This document shows positions 38,501 to 50,297 of a stretch of DNA of 64,000 bases, in pieces; the stretch's first letter is position 1; every line of letters starts with the position of its first letter. The stretch comes from Phoronis australis. Its lineage: Eukaryota > Animalia > Phoronida. The notes under the pieces were generated by a model. The model was not told where the DNA came from. It saw nothing but the letters and a program-made list of their open reading frames with translations, and made no database searches. The DNA is taken from positions 94,543 to 158,542 of the forward strand of contig NMRA01000682.1 in assembly GCA_002633005.1 (NCBI GenBank), in the 5' to 3' direction. The translations under genes and the position numbers were made by a program.

Positions 38501-41500
38501 TGCAGACCTACCTATAACTGTTCACGAGGTTAACATGAACTGCACTAACAAAGAACGTTGAAATGTTTGTTTATAATTGCGAAAGTTCTTTCAGTACCCC
38601 CGTTCGACAGGTACAGGGTGTTCACGAATAGTAGCCTCGACAGCAGGGTTTTCCACATATGGGAATCCCTTACAAACAACTCATAGTAACCATCTTCAAA
38701 AGAGACACTAATCTTGTGATACTATGAGAAACAGAAACACTATTTTGTAACTAACCATCGGAAATAGCCATTTTGCTTAATTCACATATAGTGAACTATT
38801 GCATTTTTTACATTTTTGGTTGTTTGCGTCGAATGTCTTTATACTGCTGAGCTGCGTACAGATGTTTTGTGGTTTTTGATGAATTTGCAATCTCAAGTTC
38901 CCTCTTCAATACTTGGCAGTGTTGGATTTACACGTATAGAGGCGCAAAGGGACATTGTCCACGAACTGCTCCATGGAGAAGGGGTCCCGTCTGAAATGGG
39001 ACACTATAAGATAAAAGTCTAAACATCATTAAGCTTGGAAAAGTGTGACAGTTCATACCACTGTTGTGTGGTCACAAGACGGTGCAGGAAGTGACCTTGT
39101 TTAACATGAAAGCCGATTGCACGATTTCACAAAAAATGGAAAATAGAGGTAACCGATTCCTCTCTCCGTGAGCGACCCCTTGCGAAGTTGCCAATAAAGA
39201 CACAAAAACTGTGGCCACTTGAATATCATCAATGGCTTCTTTTAAGGGCGAGGACCCTAAATATGAAAATATCTATATTTTCGAAATCAGGAAATATGCT
39301 GCAACTGATGTTATCTGTCAGGTGATAAATTGTTCTCAAGTGATATACGATTTCGAGAAACAGTTGTGTCCGTTATCCCTTGCCAAACAGGGGCCTCTGG
39401 AAATAAAATAGTTTTGCATTCGCAAAATTCGGTTTTATTGACTTAAAAAATCGAGTAAATCAATACGCTCCGCAAAAGCTTCGCTTCACAAATTTTCTCG
39501 ATTTTTCGAAATATGAGTGATTACGTGCACGTTTCCACGCGCATTTAGACGACCTGTGCTGCGAAAGCGGAGACCTCAAAAAGAATGTCCTGGACACGGT
39601 CCTCAAAAGGTACACCAGGCACTGCTGATACAGAGTTGTTATAGAGCGGGATCCCAGAGCTTTTTTGGGTACCAAAAGGTAACCAATTTTCTTTGGTGCC
39701 ACAGCGCTCTATGGGTATTCTGATGCTTGGAAATGGCCATCTGGCAGGTTCGCTCTGGTGGGTGTGATCAGGGGAGCCAAGAGAATGACACTAACAAATT
39801 GAGCTTGATCAAGTTTTCTGGTAACCACTTCAAACTGCCTCGGATACCTACTAAGTAATCCACTGTATCAAAATTGGTCATTGCCAGACAATTTCAGGGG
39901 TGGGGAGTATTAGCCAGTCGGTTATAAACAAGGTAAAAAATTGAGCTAGATCAATCCAAGAGGTAACCGCGTAAAACCAGTTGCAAAATATTCACCGTGA
40001 GCCCAGATATCACGAATGAACACTGCCAGACAAATCTAGTGGTTGGCGTTAGCCCCGCCAGACACGACCAAATACTCGAGTTGAGCTAGATCAACCCTCC
40101 AGGTAACTGTTTTGAAACCAATAGCCCGATGCTCAGCATCACTGTAAATGGCACAACTGTTAGATGCCAGACAATTTCAGTGGTAGGGTGCCCCTACCAC
40201 GAATAAACACTGCCAGACAAATCTAGTGGTGGGTTAGCCCCGCCAGACACGTCCAAATACCTGTGAGTTGCGCTAGATCAACCCACGAGGTAACCGTTTG
40301 AAACCAACTGCACGATGCTCAGCATCACTGCACATCGTGTAACAGTTAGATGCCAGACAATTTCAGTGGTGGGGTGTCCCTGCCAGACGACTAAAGAAGG
40401 GATAAAATTTGAGGTAAATCAACCCAAGAGGTAACCGCATGCAACCAGTTGCAAAATATTCTGCGTAAGCCCATGCAACATGATTAAACAGCGAAACAAG
40501 TCTAGTTGTGGATTAGCCCCGCCACACACGATCAAATATCTGAGTTCAACAGATTTACCCGCCAGGTAACCGTTTGAAACCATTTGCGTAATGTTGAGCA
40601 ACATTCTGCATGCAACAAAAGGTACTTTACAGACATTTTAGCGGTGGGGCAGTAGCATGAAGAGGTTAGGTCGATGAGGGGCAACTTTTATTAGACCTCC
40701 CTATATCTCTACTCAAATGCATATATCCTGTTCAAGTCCGTAGCCAGCATTGAGCGGGGGGTGGTTTGAATTTCAAGAACGGTGGACCTTTGGTATTTTG
40801 CAAACGTCGACACACTTCGGTAAGGCGTTTGGATGAGCTTAATTAGGGTGAAGAGAACATTCTCGCATTATTTCCTGCCAAAGTATCAAATCAGCCATGC
40901 TTACATGAGTGATTACACCTCATTGCATACTCAAACGGTAATATGAAGTCTAGTTGGCGAATGACTTCACAAAATTGTTTATCTGGTTGTATTTTAGCGT
41001 GTTACTCAAGTTGCTTACATCGCTGAAATGGGAATGTCCCACTATTTTGAAGGTTCACTAGTTCGACGATTCACCAATCCGAAGATTCACCGCCCAAAAA
41101 ATATCTAAACTTTCAAACCCAGATGTGACTTTTAAAGTTTTACAGGCAAAAATAAACGATATTTCGGTTATTGGCTGCACCTACTTGTATACCGAAAACA
41201 ACATCCGAGCCCTAAAACACTCATTCCATGTAGACAGTGACCACCGTCTCCAGCTGGCCAGAACAACCGTAGTCAGATTTCATGTGCATGTAAAATTACC
41301 CGCATGTCTTAAAACGAGTACGCACTTGCATTTTAAAATGACATGAAGTAGGAATACTGGTGGATTGTCAACCATGACACAATTCATCAACTCCATGTCA
41401 AGATCGAATGGCAGCGCGACGCACACGGACAGGCCGAAACTAAATGAAGTTACTAGCCCACCCTGCCATTGCCACTTCTCACGAAATCAGGGAGTCCCAT

Positions 41501-44500
41501 TTAGTCTTCTTAAATTTGAAACCGCCATTGGTCGCCGTAGCCGTGCCCCAGATGTTGCCTCTGCTTGAAAATGAGTCATGATCACAGAATCAGTGTAATG
41601 AACAGTCGGAGTTCTGGGCCCAGTCTCGAATTTTTTTACTCGAAATGGAATTCGAAATTATGTTTGGCATTTTTTACTCTACTTTAGTGCGAACTCAAGA
41701 TAAGTGTCTATTACTGTATATGCTCGAGTACATAATGACTTAGTGGATGATTTATTAGTCCTAGTTTGCAATTGACAAATCCATCATTAAAGCTAAAAGT
41801 TCGAGTTTAAGCTCGAAATTTCGAGTTTTTACTCGAAGTTGTAGCACGAATATAAGGGTTTTTAAGTGCAAACTTGGACTAGAAACTCATATGCATAAAC
41901 TATAATTATTCGAGCACAGTCTGATAACCATTTATCTTGAGTTAGCCCAAACGGAGCAGAGATATGGCCGAAAATAATTTCAAGTTTGTTTCGAGCGCAA
42001 CGATTAGAGACCGAGCCTTGGTTTTGGAATAGTGGAAATTCAAAGTACTGAATTTTAGAAGATCACGAAGCTTCGGAGTAATGGGCGTTCGGAGTACTAG
42101 ACGTTCGGAGTATTGAACCTTCGTCATAGTGACATGGAACCTTGGAAATCTTTTCCATCAAGTTTGTAGCTCGTGCGAAGTCTGCAGGGTTTTGCACAAT
42201 TGCCATCGATTAATTACAGAAGATTTTCATTGACCAAAGTTGAGGTCTACACCTACTTTTCCATCATAACACGAAAATGCTCAACGGTGTACCCTGACTC
42301 CAGAAAACACGGTAGTTGAGTGTCTGTTTTTTTAGAATGACGGAGGACTGCCTATAATGAACTTACCAACAGCATGTACTGAATTTAAAAGAACAGAAAC
42401 GTTCAAACGTGTACAGGCATTCATGTCAATCCACCAATCCACAATCAAAGCAGACACTGGATGAACAACATATTTGGATTTTTGACGATCCCTTTCAATT
42501 CAAAATTTGAAAATGCCTACACCACTACAGTACTATGCTTGCAATTAAAACCAAAATAGCAGAATACCACATCTCAATGTTCTGCTGTTTTGTTTCTTGG
42601 CCGAGTTTAAGACATTCACATCGCACAACTTTTGGGAGCTCTCTCAATGCTATATACAAAACATGCATGTTACTTACTAAGGTTGTAGGGCTAGACTTTT
42701 ATGCTTAAATTCACATCTGGACTCACCTGTTACCCTTTGGTGTAGCCACCACGCGCGTGGTTTATGAATTACATAAAGCCTCCTCTTATCATATGCGCGA
42801 TCCAGTCATCTACAAACAGCGGAACTCGGGCGAAGTTTGCCGAGTACGGCCCGATGACACGTGAAGCGCTTTGAATCAGATGCAAATTCAAAATTATTAC
42901 TAACTTAGTTATCATTGTAGTTAGTAGTATAAGAATCAAAAAATCTATTACTGGACTTACGGTACGTGGAGATGGCTACGTTGCGTCCTCCTCTCGAGGA
43001 CTTCATCAGGTCACTGAGTTGTCACGTGACTTGTCATGTGATCTGTCGTACAGTTTCCGCGGGATTCTCTTCAGCGCCCTATCCCATGACCTAGGTAAGT
43101 GAAACCGCAGTCCCCCCTGTCTATTGAGGCTAGAATTCTCGATTCTCTCGTAGATAGCTTCTTTGACCCCTCTCCGAAACCAATTTTCTTCTCTATCCAG
43201 GATCTTCACATCTTCCATGGCGAAAGAGTGGTTTGTGGAAGCCATGTGACTTAAAACTGCAGAATCGTAGCAGTCCCCATAACTGGACCTCCGATGCTGG
43301 TTGAAACGACTTTCCAGGGCTTGGAGAACACCATATCAAACATAAACAATACGGACTGTTCCAAAGAGAGGTCAACAGCCGATCTACTGATATTCTTCCT
43401 CGTACGTAGCACTGAGAGCGCACCGTTTTCCAGCACTTCACGTAATTTAAATTTGGGCCTGCGAATTTCAACTTTTGGTAAAACAATGTTCCCCATCTGG
43501 GGTAGTTTGGTCGGTTCTGGACAAAGAATACATCTAGCATAACCGGAAAAATGTTGATATAGCCACTGACGTCATTGTTTTGTCGCATCTCCGGAGTTCT
43601 CTCTGGGCTCGGTTTGGAGATTGCCCAAAACTGATCAGTTTTATCAAATTTGCCATTAATCACTGTAAAATGCAGGTAGTTGGCAGAGGCGGATCCAGGA
43701 TTTTGAGTTAGGGGGGTCAGGGCACAGTATTAGCCAGGATTTTGACTGTCAGACATTCGCACTGCCAAGTGGACTCTTATACAATTTTAGGGGGGGCATG
43801 GCTCCTTTGGCCCCTCTTTAAATCCGCCACTGGTTGGCGCGCATACATAACGCAGAAGACAGCAAAAGACGGCATTTTGATTATTATTCCTTTTAGCACT
43901 TGCATCAAATGATTCGTCCGAAAACAGAGGGACGCAGCTTAGACTGGTAAAATAGCACAACGAAAAATCGAAATTCGTGCAACACAATGTGATATCCGTA
44001 TCTGACAGGTTTCTGGGTTTTGTTTTAAATAGTGAATCATGTGGAGTATTCCTCTGTTTTCGCGTGGACTTGTGAGGTCGCTGCAACATCGCTAGGCGCG
44101 ATGTTTCTGGTTTTCATGCCCTGACGTAAACTTACGGACAAAAATCTTTCACCTTGCGTGGTAACCTGAGTCGTACGGACTCATTGGCTGGTTCCTCAAT
44201 GTGATGGTTATTCATTGTGAATGGGCTTATGATCAATTATGTTTCGACTGATGTTTGTCTGATTGGGGCATCTTACTATTGTGCCACGTGCAGCGATGCT
44301 AAACATCGGACGATTGGTTTCAAACGGTTACCTGGTGGGTTGATTTAGGTCAACTCAGGTACTTGGGCTTTGTCTGGCAGTGTTTATTCTTTATACCTGG
44401 GTTTACGGCGAATATTTTGCAACTTGTTTCATGATTTGTCTGACAGTGTTTATTTGTGATACCTGGGCTAAGGTGAATATTTTGGAACTCGTTTTAAGCG

Positions 44501-47500
44501 GTTGTCTCTTTGGTTGATCTAGCTCAATTTTTAACCCTTATTGATAATCGTCTTGCAGGGGCACCCTACCACTGAAATTGTCTGGCATATAACAGTTTTG
44601 CCATGTACAGTGATGCTGAACATCTTGCAATTGGTTTCAAAAAATAACCTGGTGGGTTGATCTAGCTCAACTCGGGTATTTGGACGTGTCTGGCGGGGCT
44701 AACCCACCACTAGATTTGTCTGACAGTGTTCATTCGTGATACCTGGGCTCACGGTAAATATTTTGCAACTGGTGTCACGCGGTAACCTGTTGGAGAGATC
44801 TAGCTCAAATTTTTCACCTTGTTTATAACCGACTGGTTAATACTCCCCACCCCTGAAATTGTCTGGCAGTGACCAATTTTGATACAGCGGATTACCTAAG
44901 AAGTTTCCAAGGCGGTTTGAAGTGGTTACCAGATAAGTTGATCTAGCTCAATTTTTGAGTATCATTCTCTTGGCTCCCCTGACCACACCCACCAGAGAGA
45001 ACCTGCCAGACGGCCATTTCCAAGCATAAGGATACCCACAGAGCACTGTGGCACCAAAGAAATTTGGCTACCTTTTCATGCCCAAAAAATCTCTGGGATC
45101 CCGGTCTATTAAATGCTTTCTTGAATTTTCTTTCTAATCCGCATTCCGCAAATTTCTTTTTTCGAATGTCCACGACCCCACGCCTATGTCGGTTTCCACG
45201 GTTTAACCCTTACGACTGAAAATTTTTGGGGGGCACGTACCTCCCGCTTCCTACGGCCCTGAAGGTTAGGGCAGCAAAGAGAGCAAAAGCGAAAGCAACG
45301 GCGAGTTAGAAGTGACCGCTGAGTCCAAGGAATCCAACGAAATGTGGGGCGATATTGAGGGCCCAGAAATTGCTAAACATATTTTTGGACGAATAGTTCT
45401 TTATAGCGTTCAACCTGAGAGTTCTGAGGCAGCAAGAACACACGCCAGCAAGCTTGGAGGTCATCAGTGACTTGTTTTAGAAACGACTTCATTATTGTTA
45501 AGTAAAATGTGAAAACGAAAATTAGCAAAACTTCGGAGCAAAATCTATCCCCTAACTGTCTAATGACTTTGAGTTTTGATTTTCATCTGATCAACATATT
45601 TGTTTCGACCTAAGTTCGACGAAGCGAGGAATAACGTTATGAGCGCGCACTGTTACAGTTGGCGCATACAAGTTTGAATGAAGTTGTGTCGAGAATCATT
45701 CTTGTTTTTGTCAGGGGAATACAACGCATTGTAATCTGATTTTAACACAGAAAAGCAGACCATGTGATTAACCCGCATTTTAAAATGGCTGTAATCGACA
45801 CCACTAACAGCACGCCGACCCAAGAGACCCGCAGGAAAGTCTAAGATTTTGGGGTGGGGGAAACATCAAATAAAAACGACGGACAAACGTAGCGCAACAG
45901 ATGGTTTTTCTAGACTCAAAGATTTCGACGAAAGTCGTCATTTTACACAAGACTATATACGGTTTAAAGTCAGGGTCAGGGAAATACTTCAATCTCACGA
46001 TATCCCCGTCGTCAAGCGACTTATTAAAATGCTGGCTGCAGATTTTTTAATGCCTCGTGTATGCATGTCCCAAATCGTGCCACCGAAGTCCACATAACGG
46101 GCTGGTACTATGTTACAGTTTCTTCGTTTTGAGCTCGACAAATTTGACGCAACCAAGGCTTAAGTTGCCGATGCGAAAGTTGAACTAACCTTTTTTGCTA
46201 ATAGTAGCTTAGTACCGTGAAAATTTCTTCTGGAATGAATAAATGTTCTAAAGTTAGAATAATTTTTCAACGGCATCCTTTCCTGAAAAATAGCCGTGTA
46301 CTACCCGAGTAAAACTGTAATATTTAAGCTGTTTCCTATCAATACTGTTATTCAAGAATAATTTTACGCAAATGCACCTTTTCAGACGTACTCCTTAAAA
46401 GCTCATATTTCTGAGCCACGACTTTGTAATTAGCGTATCACTTTATAAAATAGTTTAAGAAACAGTTTATTGCACTGGAAAACTTTGCGTTTTACATAGT
46501 GAGATTATTCAACTTTCAACGTTTGTACAGCACATGTGATCCGATTTGGCGTGAAACAAAGTATATTAGCAATTATTGTCTCAAGAAAGACGAGTAAGTG
46601 GCTCTGTACATGTACATGTATATTAATCAAGACAACGAGAATTTTGAACTTCAAGATGTTTCGATGACTCAGACATCGTCATCAGGACATATAATCAAGG
46701 TCATCTACAATCTTGACCTACAAGTCGGATCTCAAGATCTCAAAATAAGTCAGGATCTTCAGATCCTGAGATAAATAAGTCTGGATATCCAGATCCTGAG
46801 ATTCCGAAGTAATTAATCAGAATCTCAAGACACTGGGATAAAATAGGTCAGAATCTCCATATCTTGAGATCCTGAGATAATTATGCCGGACTTTCGATAT
46901 CCTGAGCTAATTTTGTATTGATCTCGAGATCCTGAAATTGTCAAAATATCGCCTGATGTCATCCTTGGGTCTTCGCAACATTACGTCTTGATTTAAACAT
47001 CTCAATTGAGTTGTGAAAGATTTTGCAGAGGCTACCGCTTTAAAAACTTGATAATCACGGTCAAATGTCCACTGGTTGCTTATTTCCCCAAACCTACACC
47101 ATGACCACCAAGTTTTCAAATATTGAGCTTGACCAAACACTACCAAGCCTCTGCAAAGTAGTTTGGTTGTGTTTCGCAGTTTTAAGACTTAATCAAACTC
47201 TAGTTTGCCAGTAGCGGCGAAGCCCGAGACGGTGCATAATTTATTGAATGTAGCGGAATGGTCCATCAGAAGTACGAGGGTCAATGCAAGTTTTGATGAT
47301 GGTTGGTACGCCTGATTGAAAAGTCAAAATCAGTTCACCTTTCAAGATCATCGCAGCTTATTTCCAAGACGTGTCTGATATTCATTTACAGGGCATTCAA
47401 AAATATCATTAATATTTGTGCGGAGTAAGAAAGCGATGCTAAGCACGGCGACGTAATAACAGAATTCGACGAGTACTGTTTAAAATCATCCAGGACTTCC

Positions 47501-50297
47501 AACAAATTACCCACAATACTTTCACATGCAAGAAGTGACATGCAACATGTGCATTCGCAGACTATAAAGAATAAGAGCTATGGTTTTTGTGACGTGCAAC
47601 TTCCTGTTTCGTAAAGTAGTGATATTCGACTGTATGCAATTTTTACAAAAATGCCAAATTATTGATTTTTCAGGCTGACATTTGGTTAAACGTTGGAAAA
47701 CCCCGGACTTCTTCTTGAATAACTTTGATTCTTTATTTTACATTCTTTTCTTAACAGACCCTATGCATCGCTGATCTAGACATCTCAATTGCCCAGCGAC
47801 TTGTTTCGCTAACTTTTTAACTGAAAACGTGTAACACGTCAGTGCAAGAAACTTTATATCAGTGAGTTACAGTCGTGCATTCCTTTAACTGAGAGCACCA
47901 CATCCACCTGAAACAAACCATTTTAGAATTAGGAACTGTTGAAGTTTGTTCATTTTAGCATTGCAGACGAGCAGCTGCGACACTCATACATGTATTCATT
48001 GAACGATATTGTAAGCTAACGCCACCTGTCGTAGGTCTGCTACAACGCGCTTGATTCGTTTGATCATTTAATTGATGTTGCTTCTCACGCTTAAATTGTT
48101 TCTGGCCACATTTCTTGTTTAATTTTTAACTGTTCGTTTATTATTATCCACCAAATTCGGCTAGTATCGATCGTCCATCATTCACGTGGCAGGGTATACA
48201 TGTATCTCTCCTTGAAGCGACACCATCGTCGAGAATTAGTTTGAGACCAGCAACCCAAGAAGGATTCGATCTCATGACCCCAGCGGTCACAGAATAAATA
48301 ACATTGTAGTGGTACCAACATGTATTAAGCACGCTCTATAGGATATGAAAACTGACAAATGCCTCAAGGTCTATTCTTTGTTGTGTCGGAAGCAAATAGA
48401 CGACACAGTCTTCAAACCAATTTAATGCTATATTGTTTTGTAACTCGGTATACTCTTTAGCAATACTGAGGTAATTTTGAAACTAGTGTGATGTTCATAG
48501 TCACAGAGGCAGCTAGGCAGGTCTCAAAATATTGAGAAAGGGAATTCTGCACTACCGCGATCGTAGATTCTGATATATGAGGAAAAGTGTTTCCGACTGA
48601 GGTGAAGCTACATATACTATATATTTCTTTGTTTTCATGACAGATAGCAATAACTAGTATTGTTGGCATCCTGTTTGTCAGTTCTTTTTTACTACCACCA
48701 CATTCCAAAAAGCACTACAATTACTGGAAGCGCAGATTCGTCTACTTACCAGTTTCTTGGGCTGCAACAACCTGAAGTAAAAATATTTTTCTCTTAAAGT
48801 GGCCTTTCGCCCTTTTTAGCAAACTAAAAACAAAGTCGAATTAAGCCTTTCATTTAAGTCCTATTCTCAAATACTTTATTTAAGATTTGAGCAATCTCAA
48901 TGACTCCAGAAGCTTTCCTGAAGACACGTCTGACTTTGATGTTGGTGCCAATAACATAAACATAAACCCATCACGATCAGGACAAAATCAATTTTTCGTG
49001 CAAAATATAAATGAACAATTAGGAGATCAAGTCAATTTTCGATGTTTCAATCTTTTGTTTTTCTATGTTTCCGAAAAATCAAAAATTGATAATTAGAAAA
49101 TGAGTCAATTATTGACTTTTCGTTTTTGTGGAGAAAATAGAAATTGAAACACCACTATCGTTTTCTCTTCATTAATTGCACTGTGTGATGTTGAGAACGT
49201 TATAGAATACGACTGATTTTTAGACGTAACTTTACGATCTGTGATAGCAATTAGATGGAAGCATATGGTCGGACCACTGGTCCAGCCAGGTGCGTATGTC
49301 TTTACAAAGAACAGTTGCAGTTGTGTATACATGTACTTTTGATTGACAACGATTAGTTCTCCACAAGATGCGCAATATTGTTTAAAGGTCGATCCAACAT
49401 TGTCATCATTTCTGGTCATGAATGTCAGAGCTCCCAATTGACACCAATTTTATTTTCAAAGTGGTGGAGAAGGGTGGTTAAAGAGAACATAAAATAATCG
49501 TTTTTTATTGACTTGTCCCGTTAACCAGCACTTGCTGGACAGTTAATTAACTGTCTGTAAAGTGGAAATGGTTTTGATTTTCCGAATATTTTGCTTCGCT
49601 AATTATTATAAAAATCGATTTTGGTTCAATTTTAGATCTCTACATGTACATGTAAGTTGTTATTCGAGTCCGACCCAATTGATATTTTTCAACATTCAAT
49701 GTTTTGGGAAAAGCAAAACATGGCTCCATTTTCTAATTTTCAATTCCTAGGGAAACAAAAATCGATTAAGGCTTTTCACACAGAGACCGTGTAAAAACAC
49801 ATTTTACGATAAGCGCAGAAAGGTATCTGTTTAAGAATCCTTTGCCCTTCATATTTTCTTCTGACAGTCGGCAGATCCAGAACGTAAGTTCACCCAAGAA
49901 ATTTAAGATTGTGAGTAACTGTAAAACTGTAGAAATTTGCTTAGCTTAGAACTCCGTTTCACTAAAATGGCTAATCGGATTCAAATGAAAGAAAGAAAGT
50001 GTCAATTTTGTAAAGTCCAGACCTCCAAAATGATTTGCAACTTGTTCAGTTTGTATTGGATTCTTTAGGAAATTTGGAAATTGATAACTTTTATCAAAAA
50101 TATGTTTTATAATTTTATAGATATTTTGCTAAATCAGCAGAGCTGATAAGTTTACCCATTTCCTTTAGTGTCGCATAGAATCTGTTTAAAGGAGCTGGGA
50201 ATTTGCTGCCTCATAATTAAGAGATGTAAAGCATACAAAAAGAGTGTACACGTACCTGTAAAACCACAGCAAACAATGCAAATATCTCCGACGTCAT
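20333..50297 (-). CDS. ZP (zona pellucida)-domain type I transmembrane protein, 10 coding exons, ~378 aa (whole gene span)
   Basis: Hand-spliced exons join in frame: 50297-50256, 48771-48750, 36310-36144, 33546-33383, 31563-31418, 30188-30170, 28041-27937, 24993-24801, 23401-23311, 20520-20333 (1137 nt). The product has signal peptide MTSEIFALFAVVLQVVAA, four ZP-N cysteines (YIC, GNC, DDCG, YTCSY), ZP-C-like LKMVMFAP..VEVELVIC..NC..TC, furin site KRRRR, an EHP-like strand, a TM helix and a short tail. Exon 7 boundaries are uncertain. Confidence 0.85.
22330..22557. mobile_element. MITE, inverted copy of the 30651-30900 family
   Basis: aaactgactaagctaagacaaatcttaa ... gacttaagtcaaaaatgaacttaagtc matches the reverse complement of the 30.7-30.9 kb element. 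Confidence 0.75.
23311..23401 (-). CDS. ZP gene exon 9 (furin site and external hydrophobic patch)
   Basis: gtattttag|AGC ... G|gtgagt; STCSLKRRRRDVRQGNVIFVQANFTVSVRK. Confidence 0.88.
23745..23972. repeat. Degenerate (GGT/GAT)n trinucleotide tract
   Basis: ggtggtggt..gatggtggt low-complexity sequence. Confidence 0.85.
24801..24993 (-). CDS. ZP gene exon 8 (ZP-C C-terminal half)
   Basis: caatattaag|C TGC ... GTG|gtatgg; CTTGG...LKMVMFAPPLSETVTVEVELVICVTTDDANCQPV. Confidence 0.85.
26050..26565 (+). mobile_element. Dispersed repeat with decayed coding relic; inverted copy at ~57296-57865
   Basis: Shared gagacagactttgtttcagttttatata..gttaggatgagaat and the ORF relic GYQFEQEYSDEE..EMFHGLILA..FILH.HEPLPK. 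Confidence 0.75.
26682..27798. mobile_element. Non-autonomous DNA transposon with ~72-bp TIRs and an 8-bp TSD (hAT- or P-like)
   Basis: TIR CACAGGCGCTTGGGTTTATCGCAAATGACGTCACTCAATAATATATATAAGAAAACA..; flanks ATTAACGC (26674-26681) and ATTAACGG (27799-27806). Confidence 0.88.
27937..28041 (-). CDS. ZP gene exon 7 (ZP-C; boundaries atypical)
   Basis: SSQDDCLMLQKATRTGYSVGDATPTVSAVLFASTG. The acceptor is a GAG (GAGGAG tandem) and the expected donor reads CTACTA instead of GT. Confidence 0.6.
30170..30188 (-). CDS. ZP gene exon 6, 19-nt microexon (T-SEIVT-R)
   Basis: ctaatttatttgtgtatgtcag|CCTCAGAAATTGTCACCAG|gtaatt; supplies the phase 1->2 shift needed between exons 5 and 7. Confidence 0.55.
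30290..30603. repeat. 35-bp minisatellite, ~9 copies
   Basis: Unit gaacggacagactc(a/g)cggtagaacagacagagaac. Confidence 0.97.
30651..30900. mobile_element. MITE with GGGCCC-type TIRs (PIF/Harbinger-like), abutting a second MITE at ~30895-31040
   Basis: ggggcccattccaagaaactgactta ... ctaagtcagttttgttggaacgggtccc, then ccagttgcataaaa ... ttttatgcaacccagcc. Confidence 0.7.
31418..31563 (-). CDS. ZP gene exon 5 (IHP-like strand, start of ZP-C)
   Basis: tatcttcag|G ... A|gtaagt; GAFGDVTVIQTIPVLKLQIVD...VAAGTAVKLRVTFDD. Confidence 0.85.
33383..33546 (-). CDS. ZP gene exon 4 (ZP-N Cys4 and linker)
   Basis: tattttcag|AAA ... AC|gttagt; KPYGAGDVEITIYATV...HTYTCSY. Confidence 0.88.
36144..36310 (-). 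CDS. ZP gene exon 3 (ZP-N, Cys1-3)
   Basis: ttctttctaaag|GG ... ATG|gtgagt; TYICQKDGSTLTI...GNC...LSFTFDDCGVM. Confidence 0.88.
39645..40650 (+). repeat. Left arm of a long inverted repeat built from ~140-bp subrepeats
   Basis: Repeated ttgagctagatcaaccc..aggtaacc and tgccagacaatttcag; reverse complement present at 44290-45105. Confidence 0.88.
41034..42141. mobile_element. Decayed TIR element with 15-bp tandem subrepeats in its termini; nested GGGCCC-type MITE at ~41615-42018
   Basis: Left cactattttgaaggttcactagttcgacgattc.. versus right (ttcggagta)x3..gaaccttcgtcatagtgacat. Confidence 0.55.
42920..43325 (-). mobile_element. Penelope-like element 3' fragment (GIY-YIG C-terminus plus hammerhead-like tail)
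   Basis: RFNQHRR..SAVLSHMASTNHSFAMEDVKILDREENWFRRGVKEAIYER.ENSSLNRQGG; then CTGATGAAGTCCTC..GAGGACGCAAC. Confidence 0.88.
43684..43832. mobile_element. Short hAT-like MITE
   Basis: Termini CAGAGGCGGATCC / AAATCCGCCACTG; only a 5-bp flanking duplication (GTTGG) is visible. Confidence 0.6.
44290..45105 (-). repeat. Right arm of the long inverted repeat (foldback-like)
   Basis: cagagcactgtggcaccaaagaaatttgg..ctctgggatcccg mirrors 39647-39712. Confidence 0.88.
46720..46935. repeat. Degenerate tandem repeat with GATCCTGAGAT motif
   Basis: At least six gatc(c/t)tgaga units with irregular ~30-35 bp spacing. Confidence 0.7.
48750..48771 (-). CDS. ZP gene exon 2, 22-nt microexon (VVAAQET, signal cleavage region)
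   Basis: ttacttcag|GTTGTTGCAGCCCAAGAAACTG|gtaagt; phase 0->1 matches both neighbours. Confidence 0.7.
50256..50297 (-). CDS. ZP gene coding exon 1 (signal peptide MTSEIFALFAVVLQ)
   Basis: tttttcag|ATG ... CAG|gtacgt, 42 nt, hydrophobic, ends in phase 0. Confidence 0.7.
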
